Assembly (NCBI GenBank): GCA_963732385.1
Contig: CAVSZB010000007.1
Coordinates: 704,001 to 768,000 of the forward strand
From: an uncultured bacterium
Lineage (GTDB): Bacteria > Krumholzibacteriota > Krumholzibacteriia > LZORAL124-64-63
Direction of reading: 5' to 3'
DNA: 64,000 nucleotides
The notes beneath the pieces are model-generated. The model was not told the DNA's origin. It saw only the letters and a program-made list of their open reading frames with translations, and did no database searches. The position numbers and the translations under genes were made by a program. Shown in pieces: positions 38,973 to 48,632 of this stretch. The stretch's first letter is position 1. Every line of letters starts with the position of its first letter.

Positions 38973-39635
38973 TTATGCCAGATAGCGCGCCAGCACTTCG
39001 TCCGGTCCGATCACGTCGATGCGGTCGCCGGCGTGCAGCCGGATGTCCCCGTGCGGCACCGGCACCAGCTCCGGTTCGTGCGCGCCGGTCCGCGCCCGCA
39101 CGACCTGCACGAGATTGAGCTTCTCGATGCGCAGGAGCGACAGTTCCGACAGTGTCCGGCCGGCCCACTGCGGCTGGACCGCGATCCTCCGCAGGGAGAA
39201 ACCGCGCGGCAGCTCGACATAGTCGACGACCGACTCGTGCACGAGCTCCTCCGCCAGCCGGGTGCCCATCTCCTCCTCCGGCATGACGACCCGGTCGGCC
39301 CCGATGCTCAACAGCACCTGTCTCCGCAGCGGGTTGAGCGCCTTGACGACGATCAGCGGCACCCCCATCTGCTTGACCTGCACCGTCACCAGCACCGTGG
39401 CCTCGAAATTGGTGCCGATGGCCACGACGACGGCGTCCATGTTCGGCACGTCGTAGGCGAGCAGGTTCTCGCGGATGCTCGAATCGAAAGCCACCGCCAC
39501 CGTCACCTCGTCCTGGATCCCCTCCACCAGGCGCAGGTCGCGGTCCACGGCGAGCACTTCGATTCCCTCCTTGTAGAGACGCCGCGCCACGCTCGCGCCG
39601 AACTGGCCGAGGCCGAAAACCGCCACTCTTCGCAT
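38973..39635 (-). CDS. ktrA: TrkA/KtrA potassium-uptake regulatory subunit
   Basis: VAVFGLGQFG, VVVAIG, IGADRVVMPEEEMG. Confidence 0.93.
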   Translation of the reverse strand: MRRVAVFGLGQFGASVARRLYKEGIEVLAVDRDLRLVEGIQDEVTVAVAFDSSIRENLLAYDVPNMDAVVVAIGTNFEATVLVTVQVKQMGVPLIVVKALNPLRRQVLLSIGADRVVMPEEEMGTRLAEELVHESVVDYVELPRGFSLRRIAVQPQWAGRTLSELSLLRIEKLNLVQVVRARTGAHEPELVPVPHGDIRLHAGDRIDVIGPDEVLARYLA

Positions 39636-39684
39636 GGATGCGCTCCTTTTCGCGCGTCGCCGCGGCCCCGGCCGCGGCCGCGAC

Positions 39685-41448
39685 TCAACCGATCATGATG
39701 CGCGAGGCCGGCAGCCGCACGCCTCGCTCGCGCGTCGGGCGGACGATGCCATAGGCCACCGCCAGCGGTCCGACGCGTCCGAAGAACATGACCATGATGA
39801 TGATCAGCTTCCCCGCGTCTGTCAGTCCCGGCGTCAGTCCGAGCGACAGCCCCACGGTCCCCAGCGCGGAATACACTTCGTACGCCGAAGCCAGCGCCGG
39901 CCGGCCGTCGGTCAGCAACAGCAGGAACGTGCCGACGGTCCCCGCGAACAGGTTGGCCAGGAAGACGAACGTGGCCTGCCGCCCGACCTGCTGGCTGATC
40001 TCCCGGTCATGCAGTCGCGCCTGCGGGTGGCCGGTGGCGATCGCGCGCAGGTTCGCCCAGATCACGGCCAGCGTCGTCACCTTGATGCCGCCGCCGGTCG
40101 AGGCGGACGAGGCGCCGATGAACATCAGGACGATGTGCAGCAGAATCGACGCCTCGGACAGCCGTGTGAGGTCGATCGTGTTGAAGCCGGCCGTGCGCGG
40201 CGTGGCGGCCTGGAAGAACGCCAGTCCCAGCTTCTCGTACAACGGCCGGCCGGCGAACGCGCCGTTCCATTCCAGCAGCGCGATCAGGAGCGTGCCCCCG
40301 GCCAGCAGCAGGCCGGTCATGCGCAGCACGACCCGGGTCTGCACCGTGAGCCGCCGCGGATGCCCGCCCGGCTGCGCCAGGGCCCGTCCCCGCCTGAACG
40401 CCAGCACGTTGGCAGCCACCGGGAAGCCGATGCCTCCGACGATCAACAGCCCCGCCACAGTCAGGTAGACGAGCGGCGAGGCGGCGAACGAACAGAGGTT
40501 GTCGGGAAACGTGCTGAATCCGGCGTTGCAAAAGGCCGACACGGAGTGGAACAGAGCCGTGAAGGCGCGGGTCGCCGGATGAGGTGTCGCCGCCTGGAAC
40601 CCGATGAAAAGCAGCCCGGCCCCGAGCAGCTCCGTGCCGATCGTGAACAGGGCGATGAACCGCATGTTGCGCCCGACCTGCTCCATGAAATCGACCTGGA
40701 AGATCTCGCGCAGCAGGCTCCCCTCCCGCAGCCCCAGGCCGCGCCCGAGCAGCAGCGCCATCGCCGCGGTCACCGACATGATGCCGAGACCGCCGAGCTG
40801 GATGAGCAGGAGGATGGTCCACTGTCCGAAGCGGGTCCACTCGGTGCCGGTGTCGCGCACCACGAGCCCCGTCACGCAGACCGCGGAGGTGCTGGTGAAC
40901 GCGGCGTCGAGGAACCGGGCCTGCCCCCCCGGCGGCGCCGCGCGCGGGAGCGTCAGCAGGCCGCCGCCGACCAGGATGGCGAGAGCGAAGGCGGTGAGGA
41001 ACAGCACCATCGGCCGCACCCGCCGACCCGCCACGCGGGCGCTCACGCGGGGCAGGCCGGCGAGCAGATTGCCGACGATGAACAGCTGCAGCAACACCAC
41101 GTACGCCTGGGCCGCGGTGCGGATCGAGAAGAAATGCAGGAACGGCGCCAGCCACTGCTCGCCGCCCGCCGTGATAACGGTCAGTTCGAACAGCAGCAGA
41201 CCGGTCAGCACCAGCAGCGGCCACCGGGTGGCGAAAAAATCGCGCCAGGGGCGGATGGTCAGCGCCGCCAGCGCGCCTTCGAGCAGGAAGCCGCCCACGG
41301 CCAGGCCGCGCAGCAGCGCCAGCCAGTCGGCCAGACGCGCCGCCTCGTAGGTGCCGTATTCGATCAGGAACCCGAGCAGACCGGCCACACCGGCCACGAC
41401 CAGCAGCCAGCGCCGCACCGCTGTCCAGGTCGCCTCCGTGCCGATCAC
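39685..41448 (-). CDS. ktrB: TrkH/KtrB potassium-uptake membrane subunit with N-terminal TM extension
   Basis: Four pore motifs: SAVCVTGL, SAFCNAGF, PRTAGFN, SALGTVGLS; GGIKVTT; MFFGRVGP. Confidence 0.93.
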   Translation of the reverse strand: MIGTEATWTAVRRWLLVVAGVAGLLGFLIEYGTYEAARLADWLALLRGLAVGGFLLEGALAALTIRPWRDFFATRWPLLVLTGLLLFELTVITAGGEQWLAPFLHFFSIRTAAQAYVVLLQLFIVGNLLAGLPRVSARVAGRRVRPMVLFLTAFALAILVGGGLLTLPRAAPPGGQARFLDAAFTSTSAVCVTGLVVRDTGTEWTRFGQWTILLLIQLGGLGIMSVTAAMALLLGRGLGLREGSLLREIFQVDFMEQVGRNMRFIALFTIGTELLGAGLLFIGFQAATPHPATRAFTALFHSVSAFCNAGFSTFPDNLCSFAASPLVYLTVAGLLIVGGIGFPVAANVLAFRRGRALAQPGGHPRRLTVQTRVVLRMTGLLLAGGTLLIALLEWNGAFAGRPLYEKLGLAFFQAATPRTAGFNTIDLTRLSEASILLHIVLMFIGASSASTGGGIKVTTLAVIWANLRAIATGHPQARLHDREISQQVGRQATFVFLANLFAGTVGTFLLLLTDGRPALASAYEVYSALGTVGLSLGLTPGLTDAGKLIIIMVMFFGRVGPLAVAYGIVRPTRERGVRLPASRIMIG

Positions 41449-41451
41449 CGC

Positions 41452-43827
41452 CTACTCCTCCGGGATATCCCCGAATCCACGCTCGCCGTCCCGGCCGGCG
41501 GTCGCGTCATCGGGGAGGCGGTATTCGTTCACGACGGCCGCGCCGATCGAGGCGGTGTTCGACACGATCCGGCGCAGGTCACTGATGAGATGGATGTGGA
41601 TGGAACTCGTCTGCTCCGCCTCCGGGATGCCCTTGCCGAAGCGGTCCAGATGCTCGAAGTGCAGATTGCGCGCGCGTCGCGCCATGTCGGCCTTCATGGC
41701 CACCACCTCGCGTGCCATGGCCTGGTCGTTGGTGGCGAACGCCGCCAGCGCCTTCTCGAGCATCGCGATCACATCGAGATAGTAGGCCGACCACTCGCGG
41801 GTCCCCTCCTCGGAGAAGCGCAGATCGTCCTGCAGCACCTTGTCGGCCAGACCCATCAGGTTCTTCGAGAGCAGATCGCCGATCGTTTCGAGATGGTGGA
41901 CCATATAGAGCAGCGAGGCAGCCTTCGCCGACTGGGCCTGGCCCAGCTCCTGCCGTCCGAGACGCGTCAGGTAACGGCGCAGCGCCTCGTCGAGCGTGTC
42001 GACCTTGTCGTCGAGCAGCCGGACCAGCCGCGCCTTCTCCTCGCTGCGGTCGCGGAACACCTCGAAGCCGACGCGCAGCTGGTTGAGCACCGCGTCGCCC
42101 ATGCGCATGATCTCGCGCTGCACCTGCGCCAGCGCCAGCACCGGCACCTCGAGGATCCGCTCGTCGATGTACTTCGGGCTCCAGGTCTTCTCGCTCTCGC
42201 CCGCCTTCTCCGGCATCAGCCGGCGCAGGAACCCCTCCGCCCACTTGAGCGTCGGCAGGAAGAGCAGCGCGGCGGTCACGTTGAACAGGGTGTGCGCGTT
42301 GGCGATCTGGCGCGGCAGGTCGGGCGAGGTGCGCGCCACCAGCGCGGCGAACGGCCCCATGAACGGCAGGAACACCAGCGCCGCCGCCACCTTGAAGAAG
42401 ATGTGCGCCACCGCCGTGCGCTGCGCCTCGCGCCGGGTGCCGAACGCCGCCATCACCGCGGTGATGCAGGTGCCGATGTTGGCCCCCAGGATGACCGGGA
42501 TGGCGGTCGACAGGCCGATCAGCCCCTGGAACGCGAGCGTGAGCGCGATGCCGATCGTGGCCGCGCTGTTGTGGATCAGCGCCGTGAAGATCATCGCCGC
42601 CAGCAGCGCCAGCAGCGGCTGCTCCGCGCTGCCCAGCAGCACCTGACGGAACGCCGGCAGGTCCTGCAGCGGCGTCATCGCCTTGTTCATCAGCGCCATG
42701 CCGTAGAAGATCAGGCCGACGCCGACCACGAACTGCCCGCTCGACCGGTAGCGCCGCCGCGGCAGGGCCGACAGCACGAACCCCGCGAACACGATCAGCA
42801 GCGAATAGTCCTTCAGCGAGAAGGCGAGCAACTGGACGGTCAGCGTCGTGCCGACGTCGGCCCCGAGGATGATCGCCAGCGTCTGCCCCAGGCTCATCAG
42901 CCCGGCATTCGTGAAGCTGACCACCATCACCGTGGTGGCGCTGCTGCTCTGGACGAGGGCCGTCACCACGATCCCGGTGACCAGCCCCAGCAGCCGGTTG
43001 TCCGTGACCCGGCCGAGGATGGCGCGCAACCGATTGCCCGCCATCTGTTCCAGTCCGGTGCTGGTCATCCGCATGCCGGTGAGGAACAGCGCGAGTCCGC
43101 CGAGCAGCCCCGACCACAGCAGCAGCGTCCATTTCGGGTCGATCACCCGCAGCGAGAACCGCAGCGCTTCCCCCACCGGTCGGTCCGGCAGGGAGGCAGA
43201 CACCTGGACCGTCTCCACGCGCCCGGCGGGGAAGTAGTAGACGCCCGCGTACCCCTGGACATCGCTGGTGACCGTCAGGCGGGGGCGGGCATCTTTCAGC
43301 GTGGCTCCGACCGGCCGGGGCGCGTAGCCGCCCGACCCGCGCAGAGTGAGCGGATGCAGGCCGCCGTTGGTGTAGGAAAGGCCGTCGGCATCGAACTCCG
43401 GTTCCACGCTGAAAACGACCGGCTCGCCGGCCACCGGCGCGCCGCGACCGTCGCGCACCTGCACCAGCAGCGGTTGCGAGCCGGACGCGAACGGCTTGAG
43501 CGCCTGACGGTTCCCCGAAAGATCGCGTCCGAGCATGTCGGAAGCGCGGGTGAGGCGCCGCGACCCGAGGGGGGCGAAGTCAGGGCCGGCGCCATTGGTC
43601 GGCGTCGTTCCCGCTTCGCCTTCGGCGACGTCGGCCGGCGCCGCGACCGGGCCTCTCCCGCCCGGCCGGGGCGCCAGCAGGAGCGCCCCGCAGAGGACGG
43701 CGGCCAGCCAGGGGCCTCGCGCGCGGCCCGGCAGGCGCAGGCGCAGGCCGGCGCGCACCCCGGCCACGCGGCCAAAGCGGCGGGCGGGAGCGACGGCGGC
43801 GTCTGTCGGCACAATCATTGCGACCAT
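41452..43827 (-). CDS. Na/Pi cotransporter family protein with PhoU-like C-terminus and extra N-terminal domain
   Basis: GGLALFLTGM, QSSSATT, GADVGTT, HNSAAT, GANIGTC, IANAHTLFN, HLETIGD; start codon uncertain. Confidence 0.9.
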   Translation of the reverse strand: MVAMIVPTDAAVAPARRFGRVAGVRAGLRLRLPGRARGPWLAAVLCGALLLAPRPGGRGPVAAPADVAEGEAGTTPTNGAGPDFAPLGSRRLTRASDMLGRDLSGNRQALKPFASGSQPLLVQVRDGRGAPVAGEPVVFSVEPEFDADGLSYTNGGLHPLTLRGSGGYAPRPVGATLKDARPRLTVTSDVQGYAGVYYFPAGRVETVQVSASLPDRPVGEALRFSLRVIDPKWTLLLWSGLLGGLALFLTGMRMTSTGLEQMAGNRLRAILGRVTDNRLLGLVTGIVVTALVQSSSATTVMVVSFTNAGLMSLGQTLAIILGADVGTTLTVQLLAFSLKDYSLLIVFAGFVLSALPRRRYRSSGQFVVGVGLIFYGMALMNKAMTPLQDLPAFRQVLLGSAEQPLLALLAAMIFTALIHNSAATIGIALTLAFQGLIGLSTAIPVILGANIGTCITAVMAAFGTRREAQRTAVAHIFFKVAAALVFLPFMGPFAALVARTSPDLPRQIANAHTLFNVTAALLFLPTLKWAEGFLRRLMPEKAGESEKTWSPKYIDERILEVPVLALAQVQREIMRMGDAVLNQLRVGFEVFRDRSEEKARLVRLLDDKVDTLDEALRRYLTRLGRQELGQAQSAKAASLLYMVHHLETIGDLLSKNLMGLADKVLQDDLRFSEEGTREWSAYYLDVIAMLEKALAAFATNDQAMAREVVAMKADMARRARNLHFEHLDRFGKGIPEAEQTSSIHIHLISDLRRIVSNTASIGAAVVNEYRLPDDATAGRDGERGFGDIPEE

Positions 43828-43966
43828 ACGAAATCACGGTCCCGCACGGGGAAGGACGTGGCGTTTTGCCACCTCACACGGCTTCCGGAGCGCTGTCGGG
43901 AAACCCGGCCGCCCGGCGACATATCCGGGCATCCTAGGACCTTCGACGATGAGGAACAACAGCGGA

Positions 43967-46090
43967 ATGTACAATGAGGGCTACGGAACCGAAAGCCGGC
44001 AGAAACTGCCGCGCGGGCGAAATGCCCGCCTGCGGCTCGCCTGGCTGACAACCGTGGGCCTGCTGGCGATGGCCACGGCCACCGCTGCCGCCCCGTGGGA
44101 GGCGCCGCTCGATACCCTGGAAAACGTCGACGCGCCGCCCCCCTGGGTGCCGCGGGACATCCAGATCTCCCGCAACATCCTGCCCGCGATCGCCGGGACG
44201 GCGCTGCCTGCCACGACACCGCCGGCCCGCCCGCCCCGGCTCGACGACCCGCTCCTGGCGGCGCTGCGCTTCCAACAGGCCCGTAGCGCCCAGGCTGCCG
44301 GCCGGACCGACGAGGCTCAGATCGCGGTCCTCCAGGCCGCCGAGCGCGATCCGGCCCGCGCCGCCTACGCCTGGTGGCGCACCTGGCACGGCCTGCGGCA
44401 ACTGGACTTCGATTTCCTCAACGCCCTGCCGCGCGCCTTGCGGGCCACGCATTCGGACCTGGCCGCCTGGAAACGGCTCATCCTGCTCGGCCACCAGGCA
44501 GCCGTGCTCTGGATCGCCCTGTTCTGGACCCTGCTGGTGGCGGCCGGGCTCTTCCGCTACGGGGACCGGATCGCGCACGACCTGTCCGCACTCCTGCTGA
44601 GGGGAAAGCGGCACTCCGCGCCCCTCTGGCTGCTGCCGCTGTCCGTGGCGGCGCTGCTCTGGCTGCGACCTGGCTGGTTCGTGCTGCTCGCCGTCCTCTC
44701 CGCACCGCTATATCTGCACGCCAGCGGCCGCGCCCGCGCCCTGCTGATCGGCACCTGGATCGCCGCCACCGCGGTGCTCTATCCCGGCTGGCCGGCCGTG
44801 CGCGCCGCGCTGCCGGCCGTCGATCCCGGCAGCGAAACCGTCCTCCTCGCGCGCGCCACCCGGCTGCCCCCCTCGCCCGGTCTCGTGCAGCAGTTGGAAA
44901 CCCGGATCGCGGCGGCGCGCGGCGACGCGCCGCGCACCTCCCGGCTGCGTCTGGCCCTCGGCGTGCTGGCGGCGCGGGGCGGCGACTACGACGCCAGCAG
45001 CCGTCTGCTCGGCGCGATCGTGACGCAGGACCCGACCAACGTGGCGGCCCTCGTGAACTTCGCGAACAACGACTACTACCAGGGCCACTACGACGCCGCC
45101 GTCCGCGCCTACCAGACCGCGACGCGCGCGTCCCCCGACCGTGCGGAGATCCACTACAACCTGGCTCAGGCCTTCGCGAAGAAACTGTTCTTCAAGGAGA
45201 GCTCGGAAGGACTGGCCCGGGCCAACGCCCTCGGTTTCGTGCCGGCGCCGTTCGAGGACCGCGCCGGCACCGCCAACGGGTTCGCGCCGGTGGTCTATCT
45301 CGGCCATGACCGGGAGGATCTCGCGGCGAGCGCGAAATGGGAGAGCGGCCGCTATCCCCCGCTGGCGCACCTGTCGGCCTGGGCCCCCTGGCTCGGCGAG
45401 CGGATGGCGGCGCTGTTCTGGATCCTCGGCGGGCTGTTCGTTCTGACGATCGTCGGGAGCCTGCGCCTGCCGGCGACCTCCCGGACCCGTCCGTGCGCCA
45501 ACTGCAACACGGCGGTCTGCCCGGCCTGCGGGCAATGGCGGGAGGACGAGCTGCTCTGCCCGGTCTGTCACAGCACCGCCGAGCGCGCACGCTCCGAACT
45601 GGTGATGGCCACCCTGCAGAAGAACCGCAGCCGCGATCTGGAAATGGCCTTCATCGCGCGCGCGCAGCGGTTCAATCGCATCCTGCCGGGCGGAAGCAAT
45701 CTCGTCGCCGGCCAGCCGCTGGTCGGACTGGCGCGCCTTGGGCTGCTGACCACCGCCCTGCTGCTGCTGCTGTTCGGCTGGTCGTTCAATCTCATGGCGA
45801 CCTGGGATCTGCCGGGCCTCCTGTTGCCAGAGGAGACCCTCCAGCCCCTGCTGCTGCCGCTGCCGGCCTACGCCTGGACCGGCCCGCGCGGCTGGTCGTT
45901 CGTGGCGGGACTCCTGCTCGCCGGGACGCTGTACTTATCCGCCTGGCTCGGGCACGACAAGTTCCGGCGCAGCCGTCCGGCGCGCCTGCCGAAGCAGATC
46001 CTCAAGCCGGCCGGCTGGGGGCCGGCGGCGCCGGGTGCCGGCGCGGGCGCGAGTACGGGCACCAACGGCAAACGCCGCGACAGCGCCTGA
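43967..46090 (+). CDS. TPR-containing polytopic membrane protein with Cys-rich Zn finger
   Basis: TM block; TPRs (AALVNFANNDYYQGHYDAAVRAYQTA, AEIHYNLAQAF); CANC-x4-CPAC-x9-CPVCH; start uncertain. Confidence 0.8.
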   Translation: MYNEGYGTESRQKLPRGRNARLRLAWLTTVGLLAMATATAAAPWEAPLDTLENVDAPPPWVPRDIQISRNILPAIAGTALPATTPPARPPRLDDPLLAALRFQQARSAQAAGRTDEAQIAVLQAAERDPARAAYAWWRTWHGLRQLDFDFLNALPRALRATHSDLAAWKRLILLGHQAAVLWIALFWTLLVAAGLFRYGDRIAHDLSALLLRGKRHSAPLWLLPLSVAALLWLRPGWFVLLAVLSAPLYLHASGRARALLIGTWIAATAVLYPGWPAVRAALPAVDPGSETVLLARATRLPPSPGLVQQLETRIAAARGDAPRTSRLRLALGVLAARGGDYDASSRLLGAIVTQDPTNVAALVNFANNDYYQGHYDAAVRAYQTATRASPDRAEIHYNLAQAFAKKLFFKESSEGLARANALGFVPAPFEDRAGTANGFAPVVYLGHDREDLAASAKWESGRYPPLAHLSAWAPWLGERMAALFWILGGLFVLTIVGSLRLPATSRTRPCANCNTAVCPACGQWREDELLCPVCHSTAERARSELVMATLQKNRSRDLEMAFIARAQRFNRILPGGSNLVAGQPLVGLARLGLLTTALLLLLFGWSFNLMATWDLPGLLLPEETLQPLLLPLPAYAWTGPRGWSFVAGLLLAGTLYLSAWLGHDKFRRSRPARLPKQILKPAGWGPAAPGAGAGASTGTNGKRRDSA

Positions 46091-46136
46091 GCGCGGGTCC
46101 GCGGGCCGATACACCCGCGGGCCGGAAAGGTCGGGC

Positions 46137-47240
46137 ATGGCCCTGGAAGGAAATCTCAGCGACTTCGGTCTGGAGGAGATCCTCCAGCTGATCGCGGTGC
46201 AGCAGAAGTCCGGTTTCCTGATCCTGAAGCAGGATCAGGAGATGGTGTTCTACTTCGGCCGCGGCATGCTCGTCTCCACGCGCGACCGCCGCGCTCCCGG
46301 CAACGACCCGCTCGTCGTCTATCTGCGTCGCTACGGCTTCTTCACGCCGGAACAGTGGAAGCATCTGGACTACGTGCTGTCCCACGCCACGCTCGATCTG
46401 ACCGAGGTGCTGCTCTCCGAGAACCTGCTCGACGAACCGACGCTGAACAACGTCCTGCAGTCGGTGGCCCAGGAGCAGATCCACCAGGGCATGAAGTTCA
46501 AGCGGGGCAGCTACCACTTCACGGCCACCAACGAGATGGCCTCGGGCATCCGCGGCCGTATCAACATGGACATCCAGGGCCTGCTGATGGAAGGGGCCCG
46601 TCGCTGTGACGAGGAGCCGCGCCTGCTCGAACAACTCAACTCGCTCTCGCTCAACTTCGCGCGCGGCGCCCGGGCGCCCCAGGCGGGGGAACTGGGCGAG
46701 ACGGGCAGCCGTCTGCTGCGGCTCGCGCTGGCCGGCAGGACGCTCGGCGAAATCATCCAGAGCGCCCGCGCCAGCGCCTTCACCACGCGCGAGTTGCTGG
46801 CCAACCTCTGCCAGACCGGCGCCCTCACAGTGGTCCAGCCGGAACTGGGCCAGGTCATCCCGCTGCCGGAGAGCCGCGCGCGCGGCGCGCGCCGGGGGCT
46901 GGCCCTGCGCCACCCGGCGCTGACCGCCGGCCTGGCCCTGCTGGTGCTGGCCGGCGGCGCCTGGCGCTGGCTGCCGGTGCTCCCCGCGGCCGGCGGGGCG
47001 CCGAAGATTTCCGCCGGCGCGGATGCGTCCGCGGCGGCCCCGCTCCGTCTGGCGCAGCTCGGCGACGACATCGAGCAGGCGATCACCCTGTTCCACGCCG
47101 AGCACGGCAGGTACCCGGCCGACCTGTCGCTCCTGGTGAACGAACGGTTCGTCGAGCCGTCGGCCGTGGCCGTCCTGCAGGGACGCGGCTGGAGCTACCG
47201 GGTGGTCGACCAGGGACGCAGCTACGCGTTCGGACCCTGA
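46137..47240 (+). CDS. DUF4388 (PatA-N-like) domain membrane protein
   Basis: MALEGNLSDFGLEEILQLIAVQQKSGFL; GSYHF...LLMEGARRCDE; one TM; pseudopilin-like C-terminus. Confidence 0.85.
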   Translation: MALEGNLSDFGLEEILQLIAVQQKSGFLILKQDQEMVFYFGRGMLVSTRDRRAPGNDPLVVYLRRYGFFTPEQWKHLDYVLSHATLDLTEVLLSENLLDEPTLNNVLQSVAQEQIHQGMKFKRGSYHFTATNEMASGIRGRINMDIQGLLMEGARRCDEEPRLLEQLNSLSLNFARGARAPQAGELGETGSRLLRLALAGRTLGEIIQSARASAFTTRELLANLCQTGALTVVQPELGQVIPLPESRARGARRGLALRHPALTAGLALLVLAGGAWRWLPVLPAAGGAPKISAGADASAAAPLRLAQLGDDIEQAITLFHAEHGRYPADLSLLVNERFVEPSAVAVLQGRGWSYRVVDQGRSYAFGP

Positions 47241-47265
47241 GACCGCCAGGCGGGTCACGACGCCC

Positions 47266-47293
47266 TTGACCAATCCGCCCCTCTGACTACGTT
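47266..47293 (+). promoter_or_regulatory. Candidate sigma-70 promoter for the aminotransferase gene
   Basis: TTGACC-N16-TACGTT. Confidence 0.45.
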
Positions 47294-47362
47294 TCGGCAC
47301 GACCCGCCGTCGGCGGGCCGGCGCCCGCGCGCCTTCCCGTCACCCGTTCCGAGGTGCCCGCC

Positions 47363-48571
47363 ATGACCGACGCCGCCCCCCGCTTCGTGCCTGCCGACCG
47401 GATCCGCAACCTCCCTCCCTACGTCTTCGCCCGGGTCTTCGCTCTGCGTGACGAGGCGCTGGCGCGCGGCCAGCGGGTCTTCGACATGGGGGTGGGCAAT
47501 CCCGACGGTCGTCCGCCGGAGCACGTCGTGGCGGCGCTGGTCGACGCGGTCCGCAGTCCGCAGAACAACGTGCACCGCTACTCCACCTTCAACGGCTCGC
47601 CGGCCCTGCGCCGCTCGATCGCCGGGTGGTACGCGCGGCGGTTCGGCGTCACCCTCGACCCGGACACGCAGACGCTGCCGCTCATCGGCTCGAAAGAGGG
47701 GCTCGCCAACCTGATGCGGACCTGCCTGAACGTCGGCGACACGATCATCATCCCCAGCCCCTGCTACCCGGCCTATTTCGGCGCCGCGCGGCTGTGCGAG
47801 GCGCGCATCTGGGAGCTGGAACTGCGCGCGGACCGGGGCTACCAGCCCGACTTCGGCGCCATCCCCGCCGAGGTGGCAAAAGCCGCCCGGATGATGCTGT
47901 TGAACTACCCGAACAACCCCACCGGCGGCGTCTGCGGGCTCCCCCTGCTGGAGGAGGCGCTGGCGTTCTGCGACCGTCACGACATCCTGCTCGTCTCCGA
48001 CATCGCCTACAGCGAGCTGAGCCTCGATCCGGCCTGCGTCCCGCCGAGCGTGCTGCAGTTGCCGGGCGGGCCGGAGCGCGCGGTGGAATTCCAGTCGCTC
48101 AGCAAGAGCCACAACATGGCGGGCTGGCGCGTCGGCTTCGCCGCCGGCAGCGCCGAGGTCATCGCCGCGCTCGGCAAGACCAAGAGCAACGTCGACTTCT
48201 CCCTGTTCGGCGGCATCCAGAGCGCCGCCTGCGCCGCTCTCGACGGCCCCCAGGATATCTGCGCCGCCAACGCCGACCTCTACCGCCGCCGGCGCGACCT
48301 GGTGCTCGACACCTGGCACGCCCTCGGCTGGCGCCTGGAAGCGCCCCGCGCCACGATGTACGTCTGGGGAAAGATCCCGCGCGCCTGCGGCACCGACGAC
48401 CTGGCGTTCGTGGTCGATCTCCTGCGCCAGACCGGCGTGCTGCTCTCCCCCGGCTCGGGCTTCGGGGTCTACGGCGCCGGCTGCGTGCGCGCCTCGCTCG
48501 GGATCGACGAAGCGGAGCTGACGGCGGCCATGGCCGCCTGCCGGTCGGCCGACATCGACTGGCGATCGTAG
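47363..48571 (+). CDS. Class I/II PLP aminotransferase (LL-diaminopimelate aminotransferase / AlaC-like)
   Basis: LPPYVF, GVGNPD, IGSKEGLA, LNYPNNPTG, DIAYSE, SLSKSHNMAGWRVG, PGSGFG. Confidence 0.9.
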   Translation: MTDAAPRFVPADRIRNLPPYVFARVFALRDEALARGQRVFDMGVGNPDGRPPEHVVAALVDAVRSPQNNVHRYSTFNGSPALRRSIAGWYARRFGVTLDPDTQTLPLIGSKEGLANLMRTCLNVGDTIIIPSPCYPAYFGAARLCEARIWELELRADRGYQPDFGAIPAEVAKAARMMLLNYPNNPTGGVCGLPLLEEALAFCDRHDILLVSDIAYSELSLDPACVPPSVLQLPGGPERAVEFQSLSKSHNMAGWRVGFAAGSAEVIAALGKTKSNVDFSLFGGIQSAACAALDGPQDICAANADLYRRRRDLVLDTWHALGWRLEAPRATMYVWGKIPRACGTDDLAFVVDLLRQTGVLLSPGSGFGVYGAGCVRASLGIDEAELTAAMAACRSADIDWRS

Positions 48572-48632
48572 CGGTTGGTGCGCCACGGTCTCGTGACGCG
48601 GTTCGGCGGCGGCGTGGCGACCGGGCAGGTCG

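Noticed and set aside
39634..43977. 1447-aa plus-strand ORF
   Set aside because: Antisense to ktrB and the Na/Pi cotransporter; Arg/Gln/His-rich shadow composition.
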